Origin: Eledone cirrhosa
Lineage: Eukaryota
Reading direction: 5' to 3'
DNA length: 64,000 nt
NCBI GenBank assembly: GCA_964016885.1
Contig: OZ024741.1
Coordinates: 271,126,001-271,190,000, forward strand
The notes under the pieces are model-generated. The model saw only the letters and a program-made list of their open reading frames with translations. It was not told the origin of the DNA and ran no database searches. Shown here in pieces: positions 1-13,429 of this stretch. Position numbers and translations under genes: made by a program. Position 1 is the first letter of the stretch; every line of letters begins with the position of its first letter.

Positions 1-1
1 A

Positions 2-77
<76 letters not shown>

Positions 78-444
78 TATGTGTGTGCCTGTGTATTATA
101 TATATATATACTTTGATAACTTTGATAGATTTCAGCCAGTATAGGCCCAGGAGAGATGGTCATGACTGGATCTTGTAACATTTTTGTTCCGTGTGTGAAC
201 ATAAGTAAATAACATAATATATCAGCTCTCATACCAGATTGGGAACTCTTTTACTTTTTACTATCACATTCACGGATGTTTTACTACACACACATACACA
301 CACACGTACGCACACATACACATATCATACACATACACATACACACACAGGCACACACACATACACACATGTAGTTGAACAAATAAAACAAAACAGAGGG
401 ATGCAAAAATACAAAAATATTATTTGGATCATGATTAGGAAGAA

Positions 445-494
<50 letters not shown>

Positions 495-605
495 GTGTGT
501 GTATTTCTTCCTAATCATGATACTAATAATATTTTTGTATTTTTGCATCCATCTGTTTTGTTTTATTTGTTCAACTACATATACAGGTGTGTATGTGTGT
601 GTGTC

Positions 606-636
<31 letters not shown>

Positions 637-831
637 ATATGTGTGCGTATATATATATATACTGTATCTGAATATATATATATATATATATATATATTTA
701 CTGGGAGTGTATTATATATATATATACATATATCTGATATCTATCTAAATATATATATGATATCTATCTATCTATATATATATTTATACGATATATTAAC
801 AAATGGAAACTATATTTATAAAACCATATTT

Positions 832-894
832 ATTTCATTATACATATTTCAAGGACACCAAGTTAAATTATGGTGTGCTTTCATCAGATAAAAT
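832..894 (-). ncRNA. Minimal type I hammerhead ribozyme motif
   Basis: Minus strand: attttat-CTGATGA-aagcacacca(loop)tggtgtcctt-GAAA-tatgta-TA-atgaaat. Stems I and II pair; stem III is short and near-palindromic. Confidence 0.7.
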
Positions 895-996
895 ATAATC
901 TAGATCAGTTTTATAAATAAATATTGACATACCCTTAAAGAATGCGACCATCCGGGACCTTCCAACAGAAATGGTCGCATTATTTAAGGGTATGTC

Positions 997-1183
997 GGTG
1001 GATTGGCAGTATCGGTAGAGGGTCGGACGCCATGCTTTGACGTATAGAGTTACGGCCCTTGCCATTCTGAGTTCAAATCCCGCCGTGGTTAACTTTGCCT
1101 TTCATCCTTACGGGGTCGATAAAATAAAGTACCAGTAATGTACTGGATAATTGATGGCCTTGTGCCAAATGTAGAAACCATTA
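997..1183 (+). mobile_element. tRNA-derived SINE with Meta-like core
   Basis: A box TGGCAGTATCGG, B box GAGTTCAAATCC, core gcctttcatccttacggggtcgataaaataaagtaccag. Flanking direct repeat cattatttaagggtatgtc at 978-996 and 1179-1197 (TSD). Confidence 0.85.
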
Positions 1184-1392
1184 TTTAAGGGTATGTCAAT
1201 ATTTATTTATAAAACTGATAAATAAATTAACTTGGTGTCCTTGAAATATGTATAATGAAATAAATATGGTTTTATAAATATAGTTTCCATTTGATAATAT
1301 CGTATTTTTACTCCAATAATTTGTTGAGTGCTTTATATCAGTTATAAAAATATTTGCTTGTTGAATCCCAACAATTTAAATAGAACTTCTAC

Positions 1393-1415
1393 ATATATAT
1401 TTATATATATATACG

Positions 1416-1500
<85 letters not shown>

Positions 1501-1577
1501 TTATATGTATATATGTATATATATGTTATATATATGTATATATATATATATATGTATATATGTATATATATGTTATA

Positions 1578-1638
<61 letters not shown>

Positions 1639-1698
1639 TGTTTCTGTATATATATATATATATAGATACAGTATATATATATATATATATATACTGTA

Positions 1699-1757
<59 letters not shown>
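1393..1757. repeat. Interrupted (TA)n microsatellite (one of dozens in the window)
   Basis: Direct reading. Confidence 0.95.
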
Positions 1758-1760
<3 letters not shown>

Positions 1761-1950
1761 AACCAGTAAGACCCCGACAGCTGAGCTCAAGCCGTTTCGA
1801 CGGCTAATTCTGGACCAGAATTAGCCGTCGAAACGGCTTGAGCTCAGCTGTCGGGGTCTTACTGGTTCCTATTACCCACTCTACTACCTCAAGTATTGAG
1901 TACTTTGGTGCGTTATGGTCCACCTGGTTCCTTACCACATTTCCTTCGTT
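1757..1950 (+). mobile_element. Short (TA)n-inserted element, family P, with perfect inverted 5' duplication
   Basis: Palindrome 1757-1871 centred at 1814, then a fixed 3' end ...ccacatttccttcgtt|(AT)n. Other copies at 33865, 38387, 52097, 56735 and 60921. Confidence 0.75.
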
Positions 1951-2124
1951 ATATATATATATATATATATATATACAGATACATATATATATATATACAG
2001 ATACATATATATATTTGTATCCTTCTATCCCGCACAAACCCATCAATAGTCGTTTTACATCAGATCCTTCACGGAATGTTTGTGATCTCACATATTCTCG
2101 TTCTGCTTGGGTAATGGAGGCGGC

Positions 2125-2820
2125 GGAGGGAGGTGAGGGTGATGGTGGGGAAGGTGGTGGGAGTGGTGGTGATGTTGGTGGTGGAAATGCTGATAGTGCT
2201 GATAGTGGGGGAGAAGGAGTGAGAAGAGGTGGCGCAGAAGTATTTGTGGTGCTGCACCACTACCACCACTACCACCACAACCATGACCACCATCTCCACA
2301 ACCGCCACCACCATCAACACCTCCACCACTACCACAACCCCCACGGCCACCACCATCCCCACAACCGCCACCACCATCAACACCACCACCACTTTCACAA
2401 TCCCCACAGCCACCACCAACATCAATACCACCACCACCACCCACCACTACCACAACCCCCACAGCCACCACCACCACCACCACCACCACCACCACCACCA
2501 CCACCACCACTACCACAATCCCCTAAGCCACCACCAACATCAATACCACCACCACCACCACTACCACCACCACGACTACCACAATCCCCACAGCCACCTG
2601 CAACATCAAAACCAACACCATCCCCACCGCCAATACCACCACCACCACCAACATTAATACCACCATCATCACCGCCGCCAATACCACCATCGCCAATACC
2701 ACCACCACCAATACCACCACCACCACCACCACCAACATTAATACCTCCATCATCACCGCCGCCAATACCACCACCACCAATACCACCACCACCACCACCA
2801 CCACCACCACCATTCCAACC
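2125..2820. repeat. Degenerate (GGT)n then (CAC)n low-complexity tract
   Basis: Direct reading. Confidence 0.85.
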
Positions 2821-2933
2821 GAGTATATCTGGGTGGGCCTACATTCCGTACAGTGTCACAAGATTCCACTCTCTCTATAATTGGTCAACGCTATGTCTTT
2901 GAATAATCTCCCATGTCGTTCTAACGACATAGC

Positions 2934-2981
<48 letters not shown>

Positions 2982-3122
2982 ATCTATATATCTATATGTA
3001 TATGATATATATATATACATATATATATATACATTTATATATATATATCTTGCCTGAATGTGTGGTTGATATCTGAGTACCTAAGATGGTATACGCCAGT
3101 GTTTGCCATGTATTATATATAT

Positions 3123-3646
3123 GGATTGGCAGTATCGGTAGAGGGTTGGACGCCATGCTTTCCAGCATAGTTACGTCCCTTTATGATCTGAGTTCAAATC
3201 CCGCCGAGGTTGACTTTGCCTTTCATCCTTACGGGGTCGATAAAATAAAGTACCAGTAATGCACTGGGTAATTGCTGGCCTTGTGCCTAAAGTAGAAACA
3301 ATTATATATAATGGCAGTATCGGTAGAGGGTCGCATAGAGTTACGCCCCATGCCATTCTGAGTTCAAATCCCGCCGAGGTTGACTTTGCCTTTCATCCTT
3401 ACGGGGTCGATAAAATAAAGTACCAGTAATGCACTGGGTAATTGCTGGCCTTGTGCCAAAAGTAGAAACAATTATATATAATGGCAGTATCGGTAGAGGG
3501 TCGCATAGAGTTACGCCCCATGCCATTCTGAGTTCAAATCCCGCCGAGGTTAACTTTGTCTTTCATCCTTATGGGGTCGATAAAATAAAGTACCAGTAAT
3601 GCACTGGTTAATTGCTGGCCTTGTGCCAAAAGTAGAAACAATTATA
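3123..3646 (+). mobile_element. Three tandem copies of the Meta-like tRNA SINE
   Basis: Units at ~3123, 3311 and 3481. The second and third share the same internal deletion, which suggests tandem duplication. Confidence 0.85.
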
Positions 3647-3790
3647 GATAATATAGTGTCTCTCTCTATATATATATACACAAACATATATATATATATA
3701 TATAACATGTGAGTCTATCGCGGGTAACCACAGTTAGTAAGGTACTCAATACATTAGTAGAGTGTAAACAACAAATTTAATATAGAAATG

Positions 3791-3821
<31 letters not shown>

Positions 3822-3934
3822 CATATGTGTATATATATATATTTATTTCGTCAAATCGGACCGAGAGAACAATGTTTCCGTTGGTCTTTCCAATTGCTAA
3901 TACTATCTATCGGTCGCAACTCCAGGTAGAAGGA

Positions 3935-4031
3935 GTAACGTGAAATAAAGTGTCTTGCTCAAGGACATAACGCATCGCCTGGTCCAGGAACCGAACTCAC
4001 AACCTTACGATTGCGAATCCAATTCTCTAAC
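3935..4031 (-). mobile_element. Second tRNA-derived SINE family (head region)
   Basis: Minus strand: TGGCTGAGTGG A box, GAGTTCGGTTCC B box, then tgtccttgagcaagacact. Related copies at ~25085, 31780-31870 and 42200-42447. Confidence 0.7.
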
Positions 4032-4062
4032 CACTCAGCCACACGCCTTCACAAGTATGTGT

Positions 4063-4892
<830 letters not shown>

Positions 4893-4923
4893 AGATCAAA
4901 AGATGGTTATAGGAGTTCCATAT

Positions 4924-4992
4924 ATTTTATTATGCGCATTTCAAAAACAAACATCATCAAGCAATAATATTTGTGTTTTCATCAGATAAAAC
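4924..4992 (-). ncRNA. Minimal type I hammerhead ribozyme motif
   Basis: Minus strand: gttttat-CTGATGA-aaacacaaatat(loop)atgtttgttttt-GAAA-tgcgca-TA-ataaaat. Stem III region ATGCGCAT is self-complementary. Confidence 0.75.
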
Positions 4993-5084
4993 AGGAGAAC
5001 ATGATATGAAGGCTAAAAAACACTTGTTGATAGTGCAGTTTTAAATCAACATATGAAAAGTGGTTTTAGATTGATGTGTGATAT

Positions 5085-5505
5085 TGGGAAAAATATTTTA
5101 TTTAGAGAGGGGGGGGGAGGATGAAAAGGGAAGGAGATGAGAGGGAGAGATGGGTGATAGAGAGAAAGAGATAGTTTTTATAACTGAGAGGAGATATATT
5201 TTTTACATAGAGGGGTTGAAAACCGTTGGAAGATACTGTATAAATTAAAAATTTTGAAAATTAACGAAGGGAGGATATGTGCGAGGAAAAAATATTTTAT
5301 TTAGGGAGGGGGGGGGGGGTGGAAAGGATGAAAAAAAGGGGGGAGGAGATGAGAGTGAAGGTGGAGAGGGAGAGATGGGTGATAGAGAGAAAGAGATAGT
5401 TTTTATAACTGAGAAAAAGATATATTGTTTTAATATAGAGAGGTTGGGAACCGTTGGAAGATAATGTATAAATTAAAGGAATTTGAAAATTAACGAAGGG
5501 AAATT
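5085..5505. repeat. Diverged ~200-bp tandem duplication
   Basis: 5085-5278 resembles 5282-5505 (gagagatgggtgatagagagaaagagatagtttttataactgag occurs twice). Confidence 0.8.
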
Positions 5506-6945
5506 ATGTATGAAGATAGAGAGAAAAAAATAATAATTGTGGGTGAATATTCTAACGTCAAAAGAAGAAATGTATGTATTGTGGCAATTTCAAAATTAGC
5601 GAAAAAGATTTTATATATATATATATATATATATATTGGAACATGCGTGAGATCCTTGGTACAGTTAGGCATAATTGAAAAAGGGAAAAGAATTACTTTT
5701 ATAATTTTGGTCTATAGATCTATAACAAAAGTTTGAAATTAAATTGTTATAGTATATCAACTACCCGTGAAGTCATGTTTCCCCTTTTTTTCAAATACAC
5801 ACACACACACTTATAACACACACACACATATATATATATATATATTTATGTAATAATCAACACAATATAATTATTCCATTACCCAAGGTTTCACGAAGTT
5901 AGACGATTCTAACAGGAACGTCTGTTTCGGTCATCAAATGAAATATCTTTTACTTATAATTATATTTATTGTGTCGTTTATTACATAATTAAATAGCTCT
6001 GTTCTATACATAGAGCACTCTTCTTTCCTTTACCTATTCTACGGAAATACTTAACACACACACACTCACACACACACACACACTCACACACACACACACA
6101 CATATATTTACACACATATATATATACACACACACACATATATATATATATAGACATATCCATACATACACACACGTGTATATCATCCAAATAATACGCC
6201 ACGTGTGTTTGTATAGTTTTCTTTCCAGTCACAAAATCACAAACTCCTGAGATCTACCATTAAATGTCTGTAAATAGTTATTTCTATAAAGTTACATGAA
6301 CAGTTATGTAATTGGTTATAGGATATTGATTAGTTCGTCAAAGTTCTTTCATCACACATTCTGTAACCTCCTCAATCACTATTGCTTCTTTCTCTCTCTG
6401 CCTGCCCTTCGTTCTGGTTTTATTTTGTTTACTTCAAAATAAGACCAGAAAGAAAAACAAATATCCATTGAGGAGGTTACATAATGTGTGACGAAAGAAA
6501 TTTATGTAATTATGTTCTAGAAAAGAAAAATCATTAAAATATAATTTTTATCTTTCATCACTTCCACGTGTCAGTAATCAACAGAAACTATAGGGTTTCT
6601 CTTATTAAAACGATTAATTTATCAAAACGTAAATTTGCCAATCTCTATGATTGTTTATATATTCAGTAATGATTGTATATATGACATATTGTTTTTGGTC
6701 TCTAAAAATTAAATACATTCAACACTATTGCTGTTATTATTGATGCCACAAGCCCTGCCGTCATTATTGGGGGCACTTTTATGATCTGAGTTCAAATCCC
6801 GCCGAGGTAAACTTTGCCTTTCATCCTTACAGGGGTTGATAAAATAAAGTACCAGTCACGTACTGGAGTCATTTAATCGATTTACTCCTCCCCAAAATTG
6901 CTGGCCTTGTGCCATATAAGTGGGGGCACTGCTCTTCTAGTAATG

Positions 6946-7170
6946 AAGCTTGTGCCTCGGAGATGTCCAAGCTTGTGCCTCGGAGATGTCTAAGCTTGTG
7001 CCTCGGAGATGTCCAAGCTTGTGCCTCGGAGATGTCTAAGCTTGTGCCTCGGAGATGTCCTAGTTTATGTCTCGGAGATGTCCTAGCTTGTGCCTCGGAG
7101 ATGTCTAAGCCTGTGCCTCGGAGATGTCTAAGCCTGTGCCTCGGAGATGTCTAAGCTTGTGCCTTGGAGA
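6946..7170. repeat. 23-bp minisatellite, ~9-10 copies
   Basis: Unit aagcttgtgcctcggagatgtcY. Confidence 0.95.
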
Positions 7171-7484
7171 GAAACTTTCCAGGTACAAACTCACGACCAG
7201 TTATGAGCGAAGACGAATTTCTTTTTAGATGTGGATAGTTAAGTTAACATTAACATATTTAGTGCTTGGAACATACTAAAAAAATAAACACGTAGAGGAG
7301 GAAAACAACGATATTAGTTAATAACTAATATCGTTTTGGTAATTGTTTCCCTTCGAGTTGCTAGAGATAACTCCCATCATGTTTCCACCTAATTCTAACC
7401 TCGTCAACTCCCATTATGTCTGGAAAGAAAGATACTGGGATTGCCATCATTGGTAGTGTCCTTTGATCATAGGGATGGACAACT

Positions 7485-7501
7485 ACATCAACAACATCAT
7501 T

Positions 7502-7550
<49 letters not shown>

Positions 7551-7830
7551 ACAACAACAACAGGAACAGGAACAACAACAACAATAACAACTTCATCACC
7601 AACACCATCATCATCGTCATCACCATCACCATCACCATCGTCATCACCATCACCATCGTCATCGTCATCACCATCACCATCATCATCATCATCACCATCG
7701 TCATCACCATCATCATCACCATCATCATCATCATGCTCATCCTCGTAAACAGCTAAAGTAGAAACAACTATAACAACTAAAACAACAACAACTAAAACAA
7801 CAACAACAACAACAGTAACAAGAACAAGAA
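7485..7830. repeat. Intronic (CAT)n/(AAC)n compound microsatellite
   Basis: Direct reading; lies just 3' of the bHLH splice donor. Confidence 0.85.
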
Positions 7831-7852
7831 TCATAAGGTAAGAAGGACTTAC

Positions 7853-8146
7853 CAAATTAATCGGATGTATATAGCCGTGCTGTGGTGGTTCCACTTCTTC
7901 TGCGTCTAAGATTTGTCTAAGGTGTGCGATATAACTGGCAGCCAACCGTAGAGTGTCCAATTTAGATAACTTAGTGTCCGGGGGAACCCACGGTAAAGTG
8001 GTTTTTAGTTTAGAGAAAGCTTTGCTCAGTACTCTCATGCGCGCCCTCTCGCGGGCGTTAGCTGCATTTCTCTGAAGGGGTTTGTGTTTCGTTGATTGAA
8101 ACCCTAAATCACTGTCAAATTCCATCTCTTTCCTTTTACGGGGCAT
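7853..8146 (-). CDS. TCF21: TCF21/musculin (MyoR/capsulin)-family bHLH transcription factor, first coding exon (98 aa)
   Basis: [56 protein letters not shown]...GYIHPINL is diagnostic of TCF21/MSC. ATG in gccacaATG context. Phase-0 donor TTG|gtaagt at 7853/7852, where vertebrate TCF21 has its intron (HPVNL|TWPF). Confidence 0.92.
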
Positions 8147-8264
8147 TGTGGCCCCCGAAGCCTTAATGGAGATGATAAGGTTTGGTTCTGAGGACAAGTG
8201 GGGTCACAAACACATATGTATGCACATACATACACACATACACATACGCACAGAGTGGAACAAA

Positions 8265-8480
8265 GTGGCACAAGGTGTCACAGGGTGGCACAGGGTGGCA
8301 CAGAGTAGAAGAGAGTGGTACACAATGACACACAGAGTGACACAGAATGACACAGAGTGACAGAGTGACACAGAGTGACACAGAGTAACAGAGTGACACA
8401 GAGTGACACAGAGTGACACACAGTGACACACAGCGACACAGAGTGACACACGATGACACACAGAGTGACAGGGTGACAGT
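8265..8480. repeat. 10-bp minisatellite (gtgacacaga)n upstream of the bHLH ATG
   Basis: Direct reading. Confidence 0.9.
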
Positions 8481-8600
8481 GATAGTCGTTAGCTCACAGT
8501 ACAAAATAAATACAGAATTGAATTAAATAAGTATTGAATTGTGGTGAATATCTTGAAATTGAATAAATACTCCGTCAGGGTATATTGTCATCCGAATTTT

Positions 8601-8627
8601 CTGGGAAAGAAACAAAAAAAAAAAAAC
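8601..8627 (-). other. Candidate splice acceptor for the bHLH ATG-containing exon
   Basis: Minus strand: long polypyrimidine tract ending gtttctttcccag|aaaattcgg. Confidence 0.45.
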
Positions 8628-8747
8628 ATCAATAAACATTAATAAAAAATATAGGACTACGAATGGCATTTAAAACATATATAATTTTTTTGTTTTTCAT
8701 TATTTTGTTTGCTTCAGTCATTAGACTGTGGCCATGCTGGAGCATCA

Positions 8748-8866
8748 TTAACTTGGGGACCCAGCCGGGTTAGTTGGAAACAGCTGCTTCTGTGAAGACC
8801 CACTGGAAGGAGTGTTTGAGGACTCTGTCCCCACGACTTTCTCAGGAATAAGTGGGCGAAGGAATA
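8748..8866 (+). mobile_element. RTE-clade LINE 3' remnant followed by (AAG)n
   Basis: Homologous to 42045-42185 minus (...DRTHWRECLRTLTQDTLRNKWAK). Confidence 0.55.
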
Positions 8867-8959
8867 TGAGAAGAAGAAGAAGAAGAAGAAGAAGAAGAAG
8901 AAGAAGAAGAAGAAGAAGAAGAAGAAGAAGAAAACGAAGAAGAATAAGAAAAAGAAGAC

Positions 8960-9050
<91 letters not shown>

Positions 9051-9330
9051 CAGGACATAAAGTGGGAGGTAAAAAGGATTTGGAACTGCCAAAAGTCAAA
9101 GTGATCCCGATTGTCATAGGCGCACTAGGGACTATCTCAAAAATTTTCCAGGGATGGTTAAAGAAAATTGGCCCCGCCCCACTTTTTGGAACGCTTCAAA
9201 AGGCATGCTTGCTGGGAACAGCAAGAACCCTCCGATACGTCCTGAATATCTGAGGTTGCAGGTAGTGGCTTGATATTCATTTCAGCAAACTTTCCAGTTA
9301 ACTAACATCAATGACTGAGACTCAAAGAAC
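9051..9330 (+). mobile_element. R4/Dong-clade non-LTR retrotransposon family A, 5'-truncated
   Basis: RLE C-terminus VIPIVIGALG...LQKACLLGTARTLRYVLNI plus 3' UTR; (TAA)n on both sides. Confidence 0.85.
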
Positions 9331-9349
9331 AATAATAATAATAATAATA

Positions 9350-9879
9350 CTACTTGAAAAAGATCACATCTCAATCTTGTGGAACTTTAGCATCCAAACA
9401 GACCGAAAAATAGATGCAAACAGACCTGATATAATATTGAAAGACTTTCAAAAGAGGGTATGCCTGCTAATTGATATGTCTGTTCCAATAGACAAGAATG
9501 TATCTATAAAAACATTTGAAAAATTGAGCAAGTATAAGGACCTGGAGATAGAAATTGGAAAAATGTGGAAATTGAGAACTAAAACAATACCAGTGGTTGT
9601 AGGCGCTCTGGGAATGATACCTAAGGGGTCTAATGATTACATATCGCAAATCCCAGGAAACCCGCGTATAGGAGAAATACAAAAGATAGTATTAATGGGA
9701 ACTGCCCATATACTAAGGAAGATTCTGTCAATATAAGTACATCACAAGTCTAAACACTAAAGATGCATGTGTGAATATGTATGTTCTTTCTTGAACATGG
9801 CGGACCTTGTTGTCTCTTGAGGTCACTGGTTGTGACTTGGTGATAACTCGTATGAACATAAAGCAAGATAAATGCAACT

Positions 9880-9880
<1 letters not shown>
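9350..9880 (+). mobile_element. R4/Dong-clade family B, 5'-truncated
   Basis: RPDII...IDMSVP...KYKDL...VVVGALG...LRKILSI; near-identical to 12880-13411; (TAA)n flanks. Confidence 0.87.
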
Positions 9881-9933
<53 letters not shown>

Positions 9934-12900
9934 TTCGATGTACTACCCATCAAATACATCGAATACAGAACAGACATATATCAACTGGAAAAAGAAACAT
10001 CCCGAAAACAGAGGCTATACTGACAGTAACAAACTAGCCAATATACGAAGAAATATTGTAAAAAAAAAAGTTACTAACTGATATAGAAATTGATCAGATC
10101 AAGCTATTAGCACAAAGTCAGCGAATGGGAAAATGAAACATGTGTCAGTGAAAACGAGGTAAATTGTAATCCCAGGGTTGGGGCGGAATCACTGCCAACA
10201 GAACAAATTAAAGAAAGGATCGAAAAAGTGGAGGGAGTGCATGCTCAAGATGAAACTGAAAATGAAAACAATGAGATCGTAAATGATAAAGAAATGAATG
10301 AGAATGAACTTGCCAACTTGAAGGATGAAATTATGATCGAATGGATGAAAATGAAAGAATCTGACATGGGGGAACGAGACACCCTCCCTAAGATCCAGAA
10401 CTCCAAACAGAACCAAAAGATAATACACAAGACTAACATAATTCTCAAAAACATTATCATCACAAACAAACTAAACATTACTGATTTAAATCATCTCTAT
10501 TATGCATCGGCTAAAGTCACCACTGACTTATGTGGAGTGAAAATGAAAAAACAAAGGAATTCCCATAAGAAATCTACTTGGCAAGAGAACATCAATCGCC
10601 AAATAAATCTTCTCCGATCTGACATAGAAATTTTAACAAACTATAAAGTAGGTGAACATGTTAAACAAACTAAACCTAGAAAATTGAAAAGAAAGTACAG
10701 TATAAAATCAACAAGTGACATAGACATGCTGATAGAAATAATCAAGCAAAAAGTGTCGGACAAAGCTGCTCATATAAGGCGCTTTGAAAAACGATCTAGA
10801 TTCTATAAGGACAATAATATGTTCAAAAACAACCAAAGAAACTTCTACAGAAAAATTGGTAAGTCAACAATAACTGCTAAATCAATACCACCCAAGGAGG
10901 AAGTGCAAGAATTCTGGGAAAAGATCTGGGCCGAAGAAAAAGTTCATAATATACATGCCCCATGGATAGACAGACAAATGAAAGATACAGCTCACCTTGA
11001 TGAACAAATATGGGAAAATATAACAGTTGAACAGTTGCGTTTGGCTCTTAGAAAAACCAGCAAATGGAAATCCCCAGGAAAAGACAAAATACAAAATTTT
11101 TGGATAAATGCCTTCACAGAGTCTCATGAGCTGTTAGCCCAACTTTACAATGAAATAGTTAAGGAGCCAGAAAAGATACCATCATGGCTAGTTAACGGCA
11201 TTACATTCCTGCTTCCGAAGAATGATGAGACAAACAATCCCCAAAATTACAGACCGATAACTTGCTTGACCACAATGTATAAAATTTTAACATCAGTCCT
11301 AACTGAATATACATATGACCACCTGATAACAAATGACCTATTTCCCATTGAGCAGAAAGCGTGTAAACGAGGCTCATATGGCTGTAAGGATCAGCTTTTG
11401 GTTAACAAAATGATACTGGAAGATTGTCATAATAGACACAAAAATCTATCAATTGCTTGGATAGATTATAAAAAAGCATTCGATAGTTTGCCACACAGTT
11501 GGATTGAAAAATGTTTAGAGATTTTCAAAATATCTCCCGTTGTCAGGAGGTTTTTGTCATTCAGTATGAAGACATGGAAAACGACACTCCTTTTGAATAG
11601 TGAAACAAAATCACTGGAAGCTGGAGAAGTTAATATTAATTGTGGAATTTTTCAGGGTGACTCTTTATCACCGCTTTTATTCTGCATCGCACTTATACCA
11701 TTAAGTAAAATGCTCAATGAAACAAAACATCGATATAAAGTCTATGACAAAACCATTAATCACTTGTTCTACATGGATGACCTGAAACTATTTGCAAAAA
11801 ATGATGAACAATTGCAAGGGCTATTATCCACTGTGGAGCAGTTCAGTGATGACATTAAAATGGAGTTTGGACTAGATAAATGCGCCAAAGCAACGTTCAC
11901 CAGAGGAAAGCTGCTGAAAAGTTCAGACATTAATCTTGATCAAGAGGAAACTTACAAATATCTAGGTGTTTGTGAAGGAGAAGGAATCAAGCACTCGACA
12001 ATGAGGGAAAGGATAAGGAAGGAATGTTACCGCAGAGTAAGAGCAATCTTAAGAACGGAATTGAATGCAAGGAATAGGATCGATGCCATAAACACGCTTG
12101 CCATACCAGTAGTAACCTTCAGTTACAATGTCATCAACTGGTCAAGCACAGAGATCCGTAGGCTCGATACAAAAATTCGAAAATTCTTAACCATGCACAG
12201 AATGCATCACCCTAAGGCAGATACAGATAGAATATATCTCCCTAGGAAAGAAGGAGGACGTGGGTAATCCAGTTAGATATTGCGTTGAAAACTGCAACAA
12301 TTGGATTATCTACATATTTAAGGAAATCACATGATTGGATGATCAAACTTGTTTTGAAACACGAAAGCATCAAAAGATCATATTCCATTACAAAAGATGC
12401 ACAAAGATACAGTAATGGACTACAAATTTCAGAAGTCCCATTTACTGCTGAAATGGAAAACACAGAAAAAGCAAAGCAGATAAAAGTAACTGCAAAGAAA
12501 GAACTGCTACAGAAACTGGCTAAGAAATGGCAAGAAAAGCCTCTGTATGGAAAATACCCAGAACGAGCTAACAATCCTGATGTTAACAATCCTCTGGACT
12601 GAAATCGGAGACTGAAGGACTGACTATGTTGGCACAAGATCAGTGTCTGCTAACAAAAAATTACCAAGCCAACATAATAAAAAATGGATGCAGCCCATTA
12701 TGCCGTGTATGTAAAAAACAACCAGAGACCATTGACCATATAATTTCAATGTGCAGTCCTATAGCTCCACCCGAATACCTAAACAGGCATGACAGAGCTG
12801 CACAATACATACATTGGATAATGTGTAAGCATTTTGACCTGCCCCATCAAAAGAATTGGTGGGAGCATCAACCACCTCCCATACTTGAAAAAGATCACAT

Positions 12901-13411
12901 CTCAATCTTGTGGAACTTTAGCATCCAAACAGACCGAAAAATAGATGCAAATAGACCTGATATAATACTGAAGGACTTTAAAAAGAGGGTATTCCTGCTA
13001 ATTGATATGTCCGTTCCATTGACAAGAATGTATCTATAAAAACATTTGAAAAATTGAGCAAGTATAAGGACCTGGAGATAGAAATTGGAAAAATGTGGAA
13101 ATTGAGAACTAAAACAATACCAGTGGTTGTAGGCTCTCTAGGAATGATACCTAAGGGGTCTAATGATTATTTATCGCAAATCTCAGGAAACCCGCGTATA
13201 GGAGAAATACAAAAGATAGTACTAATGGGAACTGCCCATATACTAAGGAAGATTCTGTCAATATAAGTACATCACAAGTCTAAACATCTAAGGATGCATG
13301 TGTGAGTATGTATGTTCTTTCTTGAACATGGCGGACCTTGTTGTCTCTTGAGGTCACTGGTTGTGACTTGGTGATAACTCGTATGAACATAAAGCAAGAT
13401 AAATGCAGCTG
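9934..13411 (+). mobile_element. R4/Dong-clade family B, near-full-length, frameshifted
   Basis: RT domain, then CRVC...HIISMC zinc knuckle, RHD and RPD restriction-like endonuclease in ORFs 12626-13266; 3' UTR ends in (TAA)n. Confidence 0.9.
10228..12267 (+). pseudogene. Reverse transcriptase ORF fragment of R4/Dong element (continues through frameshifts to 13266)
   Basis: KSPGKD, NYRPITCL, WIDYKKAFDS, GIFQGDSLSP, YMDDLK, YKYLG, EGGRG motifs. Confidence 0.9.
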
Positions 13412-13429
13412 TAATAATAATAATAATAA

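Larger units (their letters stand above)
790..1392 (+). mobile_element. Short Penelope-like (pLTR-type) insert, family W, with inverted duplication and hammerhead; interrupted by a SINE
   Basis: 790-870 is the reverse complement of ~1220-1303, and 906-939 of 1184-1218. Flanked by (TA)n. Related sequence at 4900-5060, 39240-39450, 49255-49590 and 53486-53918. Confidence 0.65.

Noticed and set aside
1838-2902. 354-aa His/Pro-rich ORF, and a Gly-rich minus-strand frame as possible bHLH exon 2
   Set aside because: Stitched from a family P element, (TA)n and (CAC)n. The minus frame lacks TWPF, has a weak acceptor and needs a frameshift near 2441.
7361-7852. Val/Asp-rich C-terminal extension of the bHLH ORF
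   Set aside because: Read-through past a consensus donor at the conserved intron position into intronic microsatellite.
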